From a bacterium (GTDB taxonomy: Bacteria; UBA8248), in contig CBDBBI010000010.1 of assembly GCA_965202625.1 (NCBI GenBank), positions 288,001-352,000 of the forward strand: a stretch of 64,000 nucleotides of DNA. Direction: 5' to 3'. Below the pieces are notes generated by a model. The model was not told the origin of the DNA. It did not search any database and worked only from the letters and a program-made list of their open reading frames with translations. A program made the position numbers and the translations under genes. This document shows positions 13,397 through 23,316 of the stretch, one piece after another (position 1 is the first letter of the stretch; each line of letters opens with the position of its first letter).

Positions 13397-14407
13397 ATGA
13401 TTCAGAAAGCCATTGGAAAACTCGTGGAAGGCCGCCACCTCAGCGCAGATGAGGCTGAGGAGGCGATGGATCTCATCATGACGGGCGAGGCGACCCAGGC
13501 CCAAATCGGTGCGTATCTCGTGGCGTTGCGGATGGCGGGAGAGACGCCGGAGGAAATCGCGGGTAGCGTTCGATCCATGCGGGCGAAGGCGACGTGGGTG
13601 AGGACGAAACAACCTTTCGTGGTCGACATCGTGGGCACGGGCGGGGACGGTGTCCATACCTTCAACATTAGCACGAGTGCCGCCATCGTCGTGGCGGCGG
13701 CGGGCCAGCCGGTGGCTAAGCACGGTAACCGCGCCGTGTCGAGCAAGTCGGGTGCCGCCGACGTTCTAAGGGCGCTGGGCGTCAACATTGAGGCTTCGCC
13801 TGAGAGGGTGAGCACGTGTCTCGACGAGGTGGGCTTCGGTTTCCTGTTCGCCCCAATGTTGCACGGCGCGATGAAGCACGCGATCGGGCCGAGGGGTGAG
13901 CTCGCGATGCGGAGCATATTCAACGTGATGGGCCCGCTCACGAATCCCGCGCGCGCTCAGAGCCAGCTGGTGGGTGTCTACGCTCCCGAACTCACGGAAC
14001 TAATGGCGGACGTCCTGCGCCAGGTGGGTTGTCAGAAGGCGCTGGTCGTACACGGATCGGACGGGATGGACGAGGTGACGCTCACCGGCCCCACGCGCGT
14101 GTCAGAGTGGGATGGAAGCGTGATAAAGACGTATGATGTCGCTCCCGAGGACGCCGGCCTCAAGAGGGCGGACGCGGACGCCATCAAGGGAGGCGCGCCG
14201 GAAGAGAACGCGGAGATCACGCGCGCGATCCTCGCAGGAGAGCGCGGCCCCAGACGTGACGTCGTGCTGCTCAACGCCGCCGCCGCCCTCATCGCCGCGA
14301 ACCGCGTGGAGTACTTGGCGGAGGGCGTTCGGCAGGCGGCCTCGGCGATAGATTCTGGCGAGGCGTCCCGAGTACTAGCGCGTCTTGTGGAGGCGTCGAA
14401 CTCCTGA
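13397..14407 (+). CDS. trpD: anthranilate phosphoribosyltransferase
   Basis: DIVGTGGDG, FNIST, KHGNRAVSS and GPLTNP motifs. Confidence 0.97.
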   Translation: MIQKAIGKLVEGRHLSADEAEEAMDLIMTGEATQAQIGAYLVALRMAGETPEEIAGSVRSMRAKATWVRTKQPFVVDIVGTGGDGVHTFNISTSAAIVVAAAGQPVAKHGNRAVSSKSGAADVLRALGVNIEASPERVSTCLDEVGFGFLFAPMLHGAMKHAIGPRGELAMRSIFNVMGPLTNPARAQSQLVGVYAPELTELMADVLRQVGCQKALVVHGSDGMDEVTLTGPTRVSEWDGSVIKTYDVAPEDAGLKRADADAIKGGAPEENAEITRAILAGERGPRRDVVLLNAAAALIAANRVEYLAEGVRQAASAIDSGEASRVLARLVEASNS

Positions 14408-14598
14408 GGGCAGGCGTATATGGTTCTCTTTGACGTTGCTGGTGTGCCCTTTGATAGGGAAGCGTGCTGTGTGGTGTGAATACCTGGCGGCGCGTTTCTG
14501 GGTTCCGCGTAAAGGTGTCCCGGAATAAATAGGTGCATGGGAGGCGAGCGTATCCGCTTTCATCTTGTGAGTGGAGGCCTCGGTGGAAAGGTGGGAAC

Positions 14599-15438
14599 GT
14601 GAAGGGGCTGACGATTGAGACGCAGACGGTTCTTGATGCGCTTGTCGAAGGTGTTCGGGAGGACCTGAGCGCGGATCGGAGGCGATGCCCTGAAACCGAT
14701 CTCAAATCCCGGGTGAGGGACGCTCCTCCCACTATGGATTTTGCGGGCGCGATCAGGCGTCCCGATTCCGGCCTTGATGCCGACGGAGGGCGGATGCGCG
14801 TCATCGCCGAGGTGAAGCGAGCCTCCCCCTCCCAGGGACGGATCTCCGAGTGTTTCCAGCCGGCCGACGTCGCTGCCGGATATGAAGCCGGAGGAGCCTC
14901 CGCCGTTTCGGTTTTAACGGAGAGAAGAAAGTTTTTGGGTGGCATGGCGCATCTTGAGCAGGTGCGCGGCGCGATACGCCTCCCTGTTATGCGAAAGGAG
15001 TTCATTTTTACGGATTACCAGATTTTAGAGGCTCGGGCGGGCGGGGCGGACGCTGTCTTGCTGATCGCGGCCATTCTGGAAACGGCGCAGATCGAGGATT
15101 TGCGCGCCCTCGCCGAGGAACTGGGCATGGACGCGCTCGTGGAAGTGTATGCGGAAGAAGAACTCGGGCGCGCTCTTGAAGCTGGCACCGGCGTCCTGGG
15201 CGTGAACAACCGTAACCTCAAGACGTTCGAGGTGGATACGAAACATACCTCTCGCGTTTTCGCGCAACTCGCTCCCGCGCAACGAGAGCGGCTCGTCCTG
15301 GTTTCAGAGAGCGGTATTTTCGGCTGGCGGGAGGCGGCACCCCTAGTTGACGAGGGGGTGGACGCCATCCTGGTCGGAGAGGCGCTCATGCGTGTACCCG
15401 ACGCCGTAGAATTGCTGCGTGAACTCAAAGGCCTCTAG
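14599..15438 (+). CDS. trpC: indole-3-glycerol phosphate synthase
   Basis: IAEVKRASPSQG, VSVLTE, LGVNNRNL and SESGI motifs; GTG start approximate. Confidence 0.95.
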   Translation: MKGLTIETQTVLDALVEGVREDLSADRRRCPETDLKSRVRDAPPTMDFAGAIRRPDSGLDADGGRMRVIAEVKRASPSQGRISECFQPADVAAGYEAGGASAVSVLTERRKFLGGMAHLEQVRGAIRLPVMRKEFIFTDYQILEARAGGADAVLLIAAILETAQIEDLRALAEELGMDALVEVYAEEELGRALEAGTGVLGVNNRNLKTFEVDTKHTSRVFAQLAPAQRERLVLVSESGIFGWREAAPLVDEGVDAILVGEALMRVPDAVELLRELKGL

Positions 15439-15575
15439 ATGGGCGCCGCTCCTAAAGTTGCCCATTCTCGTTTATACTTTCCAATGAAAACAATGGAAAA
15501 CTCTCGTCGAGCTGCGCAAGCTTATCTGTCAGTCTGAAGCGAAGCGGTGCTGTACTGCTTGTGAGGAGAATGTGC

Positions 15576-16466
15576 ATGTATGAGGAAATTTTCTATTACA
15601 GCGATGGATTGAGAATCGCGTCGCACCTCTATAGGCCCAAAACTTGGGAAAAGGGCGACCTGCCAAGGCCCGCGATCATCTGTCTGCACGGCTACAGCGG
15701 AATGAAGGAAGTATACGGCATGGATGTCCCTAGACGGCTTTGGGAGGAGGGCTATTTCATCCTCGCGCCGGATCATCGGGGATTTGGCAAGAGCGAGGGC
15801 GTGCGCGGTCGCCAACGCCCTCTGGAGCAGGCCCAGGACACCTATGATGCCATCTCTTACGTGGAGACGGTCGAAGGCGTGGACCCGGGGCGGATCGGAA
15901 TTTTCGGCACGAGCTTCGGCGGGGCGAACGCGATATGGGTGGCGGCCTTTGATGCGCGTGTAAAGGTGGTGGTCTCCTCCGTAGGTGTGCACGAGGGGGA
16001 GCGGTGGATGCGCTCAGTGAGGAGGCCGCACGAATGGGCTGCGTTTCGCGCCCGGGTGATGGAGGCGGCCCGCAAGCGCGTGACCACCGGTGAGCCGACC
16101 ATGACGCCGCTTCCGGAGATCATGCTCTGCGACCCCCATACCTTGGGGGTGATTCGGACGCATCACCAAAAACACGCGGACTACGTGAAGGACTACGATC
16201 TGCAAAGCGCCGAGGCTTGCTGGCGCTACAAGCCCGAGTGGGTGGCGGGCAGAATCTCGCCGCGCCCGGTCTTGTTCATCTATTCGGAAAACGATTTTCT
16301 GGTGCCGGTGGATCAGCAAATCAACTGCTACGAGGCGTGCGGGGAGCCGAAGAAGATCGTGAAGCTTCCAGGTGCCCAACACTATGAGTCCTATTTTTTT
16401 TGCAGCCCCGAGCGCCATGAGATCGGCATGGTTGAGGCGATCGCATGGTTTAAGAGGTATTTGTGA
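15576..16466 (+). CDS. alpha/beta hydrolase (CocE/NonD-like or peptidase S9/S15-like)
   Basis: CLHG, DHRGFGKSEG, GTSFGG nucleophile elbow and C-terminal catalytic His (GAQHY); GAGGAG RBS. Confidence 0.88.
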   Translation: MYEEIFYYSDGLRIASHLYRPKTWEKGDLPRPAIICLHGYSGMKEVYGMDVPRRLWEEGYFILAPDHRGFGKSEGVRGRQRPLEQAQDTYDAISYVETVEGVDPGRIGIFGTSFGGANAIWVAAFDARVKVVVSSVGVHEGERWMRSVRRPHEWAAFRARVMEAARKRVTTGEPTMTPLPEIMLCDPHTLGVIRTHHQKHADYVKDYDLQSAEACWRYKPEWVAGRISPRPVLFIYSENDFLVPVDQQINCYEACGEPKKIVKLPGAQHYESYFFCSPERHEIGMVEAIAWFKRYL

Positions 16467-16543
16467 CGAGGACGGGCGATACTTCAATGTCGCGGTTTGA
16501 ACCGAAAAGTCGAATCCTGCGAGTCATGTGTCTGATTAGCTAA

Positions 16544-17486
16544 TCATGGCGTTTCGAAAACTCGCAGTGGGTGGTGGAACACTTCTTTGATGAACTCGTT
16601 CCACCGGGAATCACTATGCAGTATCTCGAATAGCTCGAAGACCTGTTCGATAGGCATTTTGTTCAGTTGGCTGCGCATTTCATTAGTTTCCACTCCTAAA
16701 ATCAGGAAATTTTTTGATCTTGTAGGCGTTCTGTCGAAGGATTTTTTGACTGCGCCCAATCGTTCCAACGCTCCAACCGGGTCGGTACCGCCCTTCACTT
16801 CAATTGTTGCAATCACCTCCCAAGTGGATCGAGACGTTTTTTTCTCAAAACGGATGTCCGGTTCGGAGGCGTACACCATGCGTAGTTCTCCATTATCTCC
16901 TAATTGCCAAGTCGTGCGCGTTTCGTCATGTTTATATTTGATATTGTTCTGGTTTTCGAGCCAATCCGTTATCTTATTCTTCACTGCTTGTTCGGCTTCC
17001 TGCCCGATAATGCTCCTTAGTTCGCCGTCTGAGGTGATTCCCATGGTGGCGAGGATGTTGCGGTAGCCGTTTTCAAGCGCCCAATCCGTGGAATCGAGAA
17101 TGATGGACGAAATGACAGTGTTATACAGCCGCGCGACACGAAGAGATTTTTCCTTGTTCACGCGCGCGTTGTCTGGTTCTTTTTCCCATTTGTCCACGGA
17201 ACCGACGATCTGCTGAACTCGTTTCTGTGAAAGAGTGGCGATGCCCCGGTAATAGATGGACGCATCTGGGCGAGCAATCAATATGTCAGGGTGAGCGAAG
17301 ACGAGCCGTCGTCTGACGCCAATCTCCCTGACGTATCGCCACGCTTCATAATCGATGCCGCAGTGATGACAGTTTTACGGGGAAGGAAACGATCTTTTCG
17401 CGCATCGTTTCATCAATTCGTGAGCGAATTCTGTTCGAAATTATTCTGGCGCGTTTTTTGGCATCCTCCAATTTTTTCTGGACCAT
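16544..17486 (-). pseudogene. XcyI-like type II restriction endonuclease, frameshifted near the 5' end
   Basis: ATG 17486 overlaps the methylase stop (TGATG) and that frame stops after 46 codons; a second frame carries VFAHPDILIARP.ASIYYRG..TLSQK, EPD..F and IEVKGGTD..GALERLG..KKSF (PD-(D/E)xK core). Confidence 0.75.
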
Positions 17487-18879
17487 CAAATTCTCTCCCA
17501 GTGGTATACGCACTTGCGTATCTCCTGCCTGCCGAACCTGCCCATCTGCTGATTTGAGTTGCCTTTGCCCCGGGGCAGGGCCCAGATCGCCTTGCAGCGG
17601 AAACCCAATTGTTCGGCGAAATCCGAGAGTATCAGGTCCACCGGCGCTTCTTCACCATGAATACATGCCCGCCACGGACCACAACGCGGGCCAGTTCATT
17701 GATGACGACCGCCATTTCCGTGAAGTAGTGTTCTAGCAGGCGGATAACGTTGCGATTGCTCAGTTCGTCGGCGTGTTCCCGGAGAATGTTTAATACTTCG
17801 CTCAGTGCTGCGTTCCCGTCGACCATCTCGAACAGGTTGCTCAGGCTACCCGCTCCTTTATATTCCGTTTCCAACTGGGCGCGCTTCGATCGATTTTCCA
17901 CCGTTGCCGACAGAAACGCTTGACGCAATGCCTTAAAGCCGGGTTCGTCATATCCAAGGTAGGCCAGTTCCAGCGCGTAAGTGCGCGTGTAGTCGTATCG
18001 GTTTGCGTATGGTGGAGAAGTAACGACAGTGCCGAATGTGCCCGTTTCGAGTTCTTTCAGCTCCGTTAAGCAGGAACCGTTGATGAAGCGTGGGATGGGA
18101 CCAGAGTAATAATTCTTGATGAAGGGCAGGTCTTCCGCGATCTTTTTCAGACGGTAATTGACCGTCTCCGTAAGCGTAGACAATGAGCCTTTGTTCAGGC
18201 GTGTGCTTTTGGTGCGGCCGGATATTGGATCCCAGCGTAGATATTGGCCATCTTTGCGCGTGTAGCTAATCTCTTCAATGGCGGTAAGGCAAGCGGTAGT
18301 GAGCACAGTCGCTAAGTCGCTATCGGGGACACTGACAATGAATTCCCGCGCCTTGGCGATTTCTTCCTCGGCGTCTGGCGCGAACGCGCCACGAGTGATC
18401 TGAACGTGCGGGAACGCATACTCCCTTTTGGGAGCGCCAGTAGCGAGATGATTTAGAAACTCAGTGGACACGTCGGCGAGGCGTTCAGTGTCGATGCGGT
18501 TGGCGATCGCTGCGATCGCCTTCGCAACGAGGTTGCCCACAGGCATTATCTCTATGCCCGTGGCTTCGCGTCCCCTACGGCTGGCCGTGAGAGCGGTGGT
18601 GCCGATTCCCGAGAACGGATCGAGGACAGTGCCCTTTCCGCTCATGTTGAGGAAATGTTCAACGAGTTGAGTGGAAAAACCCTCCTTGTACTTCATCCAC
18701 CTAAAACCGGGAGCATGTTTGTTGCCTTGATAGGAAACGAGGCGGCGGGTGAGGCTGTAATTGATCATGATGCGATTCCGGAAACGCGCGTATAGGGCCA
18801 TCTCGGGCGCATGTGGATCCGCCGTTCGGCGACCGCGCTGGCGACCACGTGCTGGTGATTTTGGGCTGTGTCGGCCCAT
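17486..18879 (-). pseudogene. amino (N4-C/N6-A) DNA methyltransferase with a C-terminal frameshift
   Basis: YKEGFS, VLDPFSGIGTT and VTSPPYANRYDY motifs; the natural C-terminus (HGEEAPVDLILSDFAE...GKGNSNQQMG...KCVYHWERI*) lies in another frame and ends at 17486; 5' start uncertain. Confidence 0.82.
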
Positions 18880-19042
18880 CCTCCAGAAAATCTGTCGTTT
18901 CTATTGTTGCTACTGTCTCCATGTGTTTTTTCTTATTGGAAACTTTTTACACCGCGTCGGGCACTTTGCTGTAAATTGACATGCTGCTTAAGCATAACTT
19001 CCAAAAGCTGGTTCGCCAAGCATGGCTTTACTTTTCCCTCCC

Positions 19043-20176
19043 TCAGGCGATGCGCGTCCCGAACTTCTCTATCGCTCGTTCGGAAAGTGCAAGGCCAAGG
19101 CCTGGCGCGTCGTTGAGATAAAGCGTTCCGTTCTCGATGCGCGGAGGATTCTCAAATAATTCGGCTTGGAGAGGGTCGCGTTCCGGGTCTGTGAAGGACT
19201 CCACGATGCAGCCCGCCGGCGAAGCCGCCACGACGTGTGCGTGGATAAAGCAGTCATGGTGCGGGGCCACCTCCACGTGGTTCAGCTCCGCCAGGGCCGC
19301 GAGTTTTCTCCCCATCGTGAATCCCCCCATGCGGGTGCAGTCGAACTGCACGACGTCTATCGCCTGCTCCTCCAGAAGGGCACGGATCCCGTGCGCCGTC
19401 TGCTCGTTCTCGCCGGCGGAGAGGGGGATGTCCGTTTTTCGGGACAGAATCTTGAGCTCACGCCTGTCGTCGAACCAGCGCATGGGTTCTTCAAGCCACC
19501 TGGGGCGAATCTCCCGGAGTAGGCGCGCGCCCTTGATGGCGGTGGGCAGATCCCACGCGCTGTTCACGTCGAGCATGAGGTGGGCGTCCGCGCCGATGAC
19601 CTCTCGAATCACCCGCAAGCGCGCCATGTCCTCGGCGAGCGATGCGCCGCCGATTTTCGCCTTGAACGCCCTGTGCCCCTGGGCACGCAGCATTTCCATC
19701 TCCTCACGGAGTTCGCCCAGGTCCTTCCCGTTCCGGTAATAGGCGCAGGTGACGTAGCATGGTACCTCATTCCGATAGCCGCCGAAGAGGCGATACAACG
19801 GCTGACCGGAGGCTTTGCCCAGAACGTCCCACATAGCGATGTCCAGGGCTGCGCCGGCGATGAGCAGCGCGTTTCGGGACCATGCCTTTTGATAGGCGAT
19901 CTTCTGGTGAGTGATGGAGAAAATCTTCTCGTAAAGCTTTTCAGGTGCTAGCGCGTCCTCGCCGAGGATGCACTCTTTGAGACCTTCGTTGAACATCTCC
20001 GCCGCGCCCTTGATGATGAGGCGGCTGCTGCCGAGACCGAAGCCCTCGATCCCTGCTTCGGTCCTGATCTGGACCAACAGCTCGTTCGCTTGGTGGACAG
20101 GGTAATGGCTCACCCAGTGGCCGCGCTTCTCTGGCGGGCCGGTGAGAATGTGTGCTTCCACATCTGCAATTTTCAT
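19043..20176 (-). CDS. mandelate racemase/muconate lactonizing enzyme family protein
   Basis: LDIAMWD..GK..GQPLYRLFGG, FKAKIG (KxK), MLDVN, WLEEP, AGEN and APHH motifs; GAGGAG RBS before ATG 20176. Confidence 0.93.
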   Translation of the reverse strand: MKIADVEAHILTGPPEKRGHWVSHYPVHQANELLVQIRTEAGIEGFGLGSSRLIIKGAAEMFNEGLKECILGEDALAPEKLYEKIFSITHQKIAYQKAWSRNALLIAGAALDIAMWDVLGKASGQPLYRLFGGYRNEVPCYVTCAYYRNGKDLGELREEMEMLRAQGHRAFKAKIGGASLAEDMARLRVIREVIGADAHLMLDVNSAWDLPTAIKGARLLREIRPRWLEEPMRWFDDRRELKILSRKTDIPLSAGENEQTAHGIRALLEEQAIDVVQFDCTRMGGFTMGRKLAALAELNHVEVAPHHDCFIHAHVVAASPAGCIVESFTDPERDPLQAELFENPPRIENGTLYLNDAPGLGLALSERAIEKFGTRIA

Positions 20177-20327
20177 GGCTCTCCTCATGAATTCGCATGA
20201 ACGGCTCGACGCCGCCGAATCTTCCGTGCAGTTTGCCAAAGGCTTCGTATGTTCACAATCGCCGAGCTTTGGGGTAAAATACTTAGATTCCTTGGAAGCG
20301 TCCTTTCAAGAAGTGGGTTTTTGCGCC

Positions 20328-21149
20328 ATGAGTGATTTGCCGAGAGTCAGCTACCTGGGGCCTGAGGCCACCTTCACGCACGAGGCCACCATTTTGTGCT
20401 TCGGCGCGGGGGCGGACCTCGCGCCCGCGCCGAGTATTGAGGCTGTGTTCGACGCGGTGGAAAGTCGCCGAGCCCGGTGGGGCGTGGTGCCGATAGAAAA
20501 CGCGATAGAGGGCACGGTCAACATCACTCTGGACAGGCTTTTGAACTCCCCGCTGCTGCTGGCGGGCGAAATCAGACTGCCCATCGACATCCATCTTCTC
20601 ACGAACGCGCCGTCCATTCAGAAGGTGGACCGTATTCTCAGTCACCCCCATGCTTTGGCGCAGTGTCGGGTCTGGTTGCGTGAGAGGGCTCCGGGCATCC
20701 GGACGGAGGTGGTGGTGAGCACGTCTTTGGCGGCGAAGATGGCGGCCAGCGACTCAAGGAGTGCGGCTTTAGGCAGCCGCTTGGCGGCCGACCACTACGG
20801 GTTGCGCATTTTGGAGGAGAAGCTTGATTCGGAGGCCATCAACGTGACGCGCTTTTTCGTCATCGGTGCTGAGAAGCCGGAGCACTCGGCACGCGCGAAA
20901 ACGAGCATGCTCTTTGGACTGAAAAACGAATCGGGCGCGCTCTACAAGGCGCTCGCGCCCATTGCCGAGCGCAATTTGAACATGACGAAAATCGAATCTC
21001 GTCCGTCTCGCAAAAAGGCGTGGGAGTATGTTTTCTACCTGGAAATTGACGGCCACGCGGAAGATTTCGAACTTGCGCAAGGAATTCGGGAACTTGAGAG
21101 TCGGGTGGATTTTCTTCGCGTGCTGGGCTCATATTCTGTGATGGGATAG
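20328..21149 (+). CDS. pheA: prephenate dehydratase (PDT + ACT, no chorismate mutase domain)
   Basis: YLGPEATF, VVPIENAIEG, SHPHALAQC, NVTRF, NMTKIESRP and LGSY motifs. Confidence 0.95.
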   Translation: MSDLPRVSYLGPEATFTHEATILCFGAGADLAPAPSIEAVFDAVESRRARWGVVPIENAIEGTVNITLDRLLNSPLLLAGEIRLPIDIHLLTNAPSIQKVDRILSHPHALAQCRVWLRERAPGIRTEVVVSTSLAAKMAASDSRSAALGSRLAADHYGLRILEEKLDSEAINVTRFFVIGAEKPEHSARAKTSMLFGLKNESGALYKALAPIAERNLNMTKIESRPSRKKAWEYVFYLEIDGHAEDFELAQGIRELESRVDFLRVLGSYSVMG

Positions 21150-21302
21150 CCGTGAGAGAGATTTGAGGGACTGGAAAGACCGGGTGCCTCTACCGCTTCG
21201 CGCACATAATCTATGATGGAGCTTGGCCTGCAGCGGGCGTGAGAATTGGAGAGCCGGGCGGATTTTCCGCGCACTGGAGTCTTACGCCGTTTGGGGAGGG
21301 GG

Positions 21303-22397
21303 ATGAAATATCAAAGGGCGCGGCCCGTTTCTGACATTATCGTCTATCAGCCGGGAAAGCCGACGGAGGAGATAGAGCGCGAGCTCGGCATTGGCGATTC
21401 GATCAAGGTGGCGTCGAACGAAAATCCGCTGGGGCCGTCCCCAAAGGCGTTGGAGGCTGCCCGGAGTGCCGTTCCACAGCTGCACCGCTATCCCGACGGT
21501 GGGGGGTTTTATCTCAAGAACGCACTCGCCGAACATCATGGACTGGCGCCCGAGAACTTCGTCCTGGGCAACGGCACGAACGAGGTTTTGGAGATTCTCG
21601 CCCACGCCTATCTCGATCCCGGAGACTCTGTGGTGTTCTCCAAGGGAGCCTTCATCGTCTATCACATTGTCTCCCAGCTTAGCTCCTGCGAGGTCAGACG
21701 AGCGCGAATGTGTGATTATCACCAGGACCTCGACGCTATGGCCGCCTTGGTTTGCGAGAAAACGAAAATCGTTTTCATTGCCAATCCCAACAACCCCACA
21801 GGCACAGCGGTGGGAGAGATGGAGTTCAGGGAATTTCTACGAAAAATTCCTCCGACCACCCTCGTGGTGATGGATGAGGCGTATTGCCACTATGCGCATC
21901 TGGCGGATTATCCCGACACAGCGCGAATGCTGATGGAAATTCCGAACCTCATCGCCATGCGGACGTTTTCCAAGGTCTATGGGTTGGCGGGCTTGCGCGT
22001 TGGCTACGCCGTGGCGGACGCAGAGGTCGCAGCGGCGATGGAGAGCGTCCGGGAGCCGTTCAACGTGAACTCTATCGCGCTGGCCGCCGCGCGCGCCGCT
22101 TTGGAAGATGTTGAGCACGTTGAGCGGACGGTGGCGGTAAACGCCGAGGGCCGGGAGTATTTCGTATATGAACTCTCTGCGATGGGCCTCCCCTTCGTGC
22201 CCACGCAGGGCAATTTCATGATGGTGGAGGTGGGCGAGGGAATGCGGGTGTATGAAGAGCTGCTCAGGGAGGGCGTCATCGTCCGGCCCGTGGCGGGGTA
22301 TGGCTTTCCGCGTCACGTGCGGATTTCCATCGGGACACCCCAAGAGAACGCGCAGATTATCAGTGCGCTGTCTAAAGTTGTTGAAATCTCACTATAA
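21303..22397 (+). CDS. hisC: histidinol-phosphate/aromatic aminotransferase
   Basis: YQPGKP, ASNENPLG, ANPNNPTG, DEAY and RTFSKVYGLAGLRVGY motifs. Confidence 0.95.
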   Translation: MKYQRARPVSDIIVYQPGKPTEEIERELGIGDSIKVASNENPLGPSPKALEAARSAVPQLHRYPDGGGFYLKNALAEHHGLAPENFVLGNGTNEVLEILAHAYLDPGDSVVFSKGAFIVYHIVSQLSSCEVRRARMCDYHQDLDAMAALVCEKTKIVFIANPNNPTGTAVGEMEFREFLRKIPPTTLVVMDEAYCHYAHLADYPDTARMLMEIPNLIAMRTFSKVYGLAGLRVGYAVADAEVAAAMESVREPFNVNSIALAAARAALEDVEHVERTVAVNAEGREYFVYELSAMGLPFVPTQGNFMMVEVGEGMRVYEELLREGVIVRPVAGYGFPRHVRISIGTPQENAQIISALSKVVEISL

Positions 22398-22455
22398 GTA
22401 AATATATAGAAAGAGCTATGTAATGTTTTTTATAAATAAAGGAAGGGACATTCAG

Positions 22456-23316
22456 GTGCTTTTTCAGCAGATGACCATCATCGGCGTGGGACTCATTGGT
22501 GGATCGCTGGCCCGCGCCGCCCGTGAGAGAGCCCTCTGTGCGCGGTTTGTTGGTGCTGGAAGGAGTTTGGGCAATCTGGAGCGCGCCGTCGCCCTCGGCG
22601 TCGTGGATCGCTACGAGAAGGACCACTGCAAGGCGGTGCGCGATTCCGACCTTGTGGTGGTGTGCACCCCTGTGCAGGCGTCCGTGCGCGTGACGGAGGC
22701 GATTTTGCCCGATATGGCGTCGGGTGCCCTGCTCACGGACGTAGGCAGTGTGAAGGCGCCTTACGTCCGGGCGGTGGAGGGGATGGACTTGGGCGAAGCG
22801 CGTTTTCTGGCGGCGCACCCCGTCGCCGGTGCCGAGAAATCCGGAGTGGAGGCGAGTTTTTCCTCTCTCTTCGAGGGGCATCAGACTATTTTGACGCCCA
22901 CGCAGAGAACCGATCATGAAGCCCTTGAGTGCCTACGCGCTCTTTGGGAGGGGGTGGGTGCCCGGGTCGAAGCGCTCGACCCGGAAACCCATGATAGCGT
23001 CATGGCCGACGTCAGCCATCTGCCGCACCTAGCGGCCTATGCCATGATGAAAGCCGCCCTTGAAGGGGGTGGACTTCGTTATGCAGCGGGGGGGTTTCGG
23101 GATTTTTCCCGAATCGCGTCCTCTAGCCCCGAGATGTGGCGCGAAATCTGCATGGACAATCAGAAGGCGCTTCTACGATCGCTTGATGTGTTCGAGCGGA
23201 ATCTGGGGGATCTCCGCCGTTTCGTAGAAGCGGGGGATACGGAGTCCCTTGAGTGCGCGTTTCGTCAGGCTAAAGAAGGCAGAGACGAATGGGCGCGGAA
23301 AAAAGGCTGGGCTTGA
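22456..23316 (+). CDS. tyrA: prephenate/arogenate dehydrogenase
   Basis: IGVGLIGGS, TDVGSVK, HPVAGAE, SHLPH and GGFRDFSRIASS motifs. Confidence 0.95.
   Translation: MLFQQMTIIGVGLIGGSLARAARERALCARFVGAGRSLGNLERAVALGVVDRYEKDHCKAVRDSDLVVVCTPVQASVRVTEAILPDMASGALLTDVGSVKAPYVRAVEGMDLGEARFLAAHPVAGAEKSGVEASFSSLFEGHQTILTPTQRTDHEALECLRALWEGVGARVEALDPETHDSVMADVSHLPHLAAYAMMKAALEGGGLRYAAGGFRDFSRIASSSPEMWREICMDNQKALLRSLDVFERNLGDLRRFVEAGDTESLECAFRQAKEGRDEWARKKGWA

Noticed and set aside
14408-14598. trpD-trpC intergenic region as a riboswitch or sRNA
   Set aside because: No recognisable aptamer consensus or terminator.
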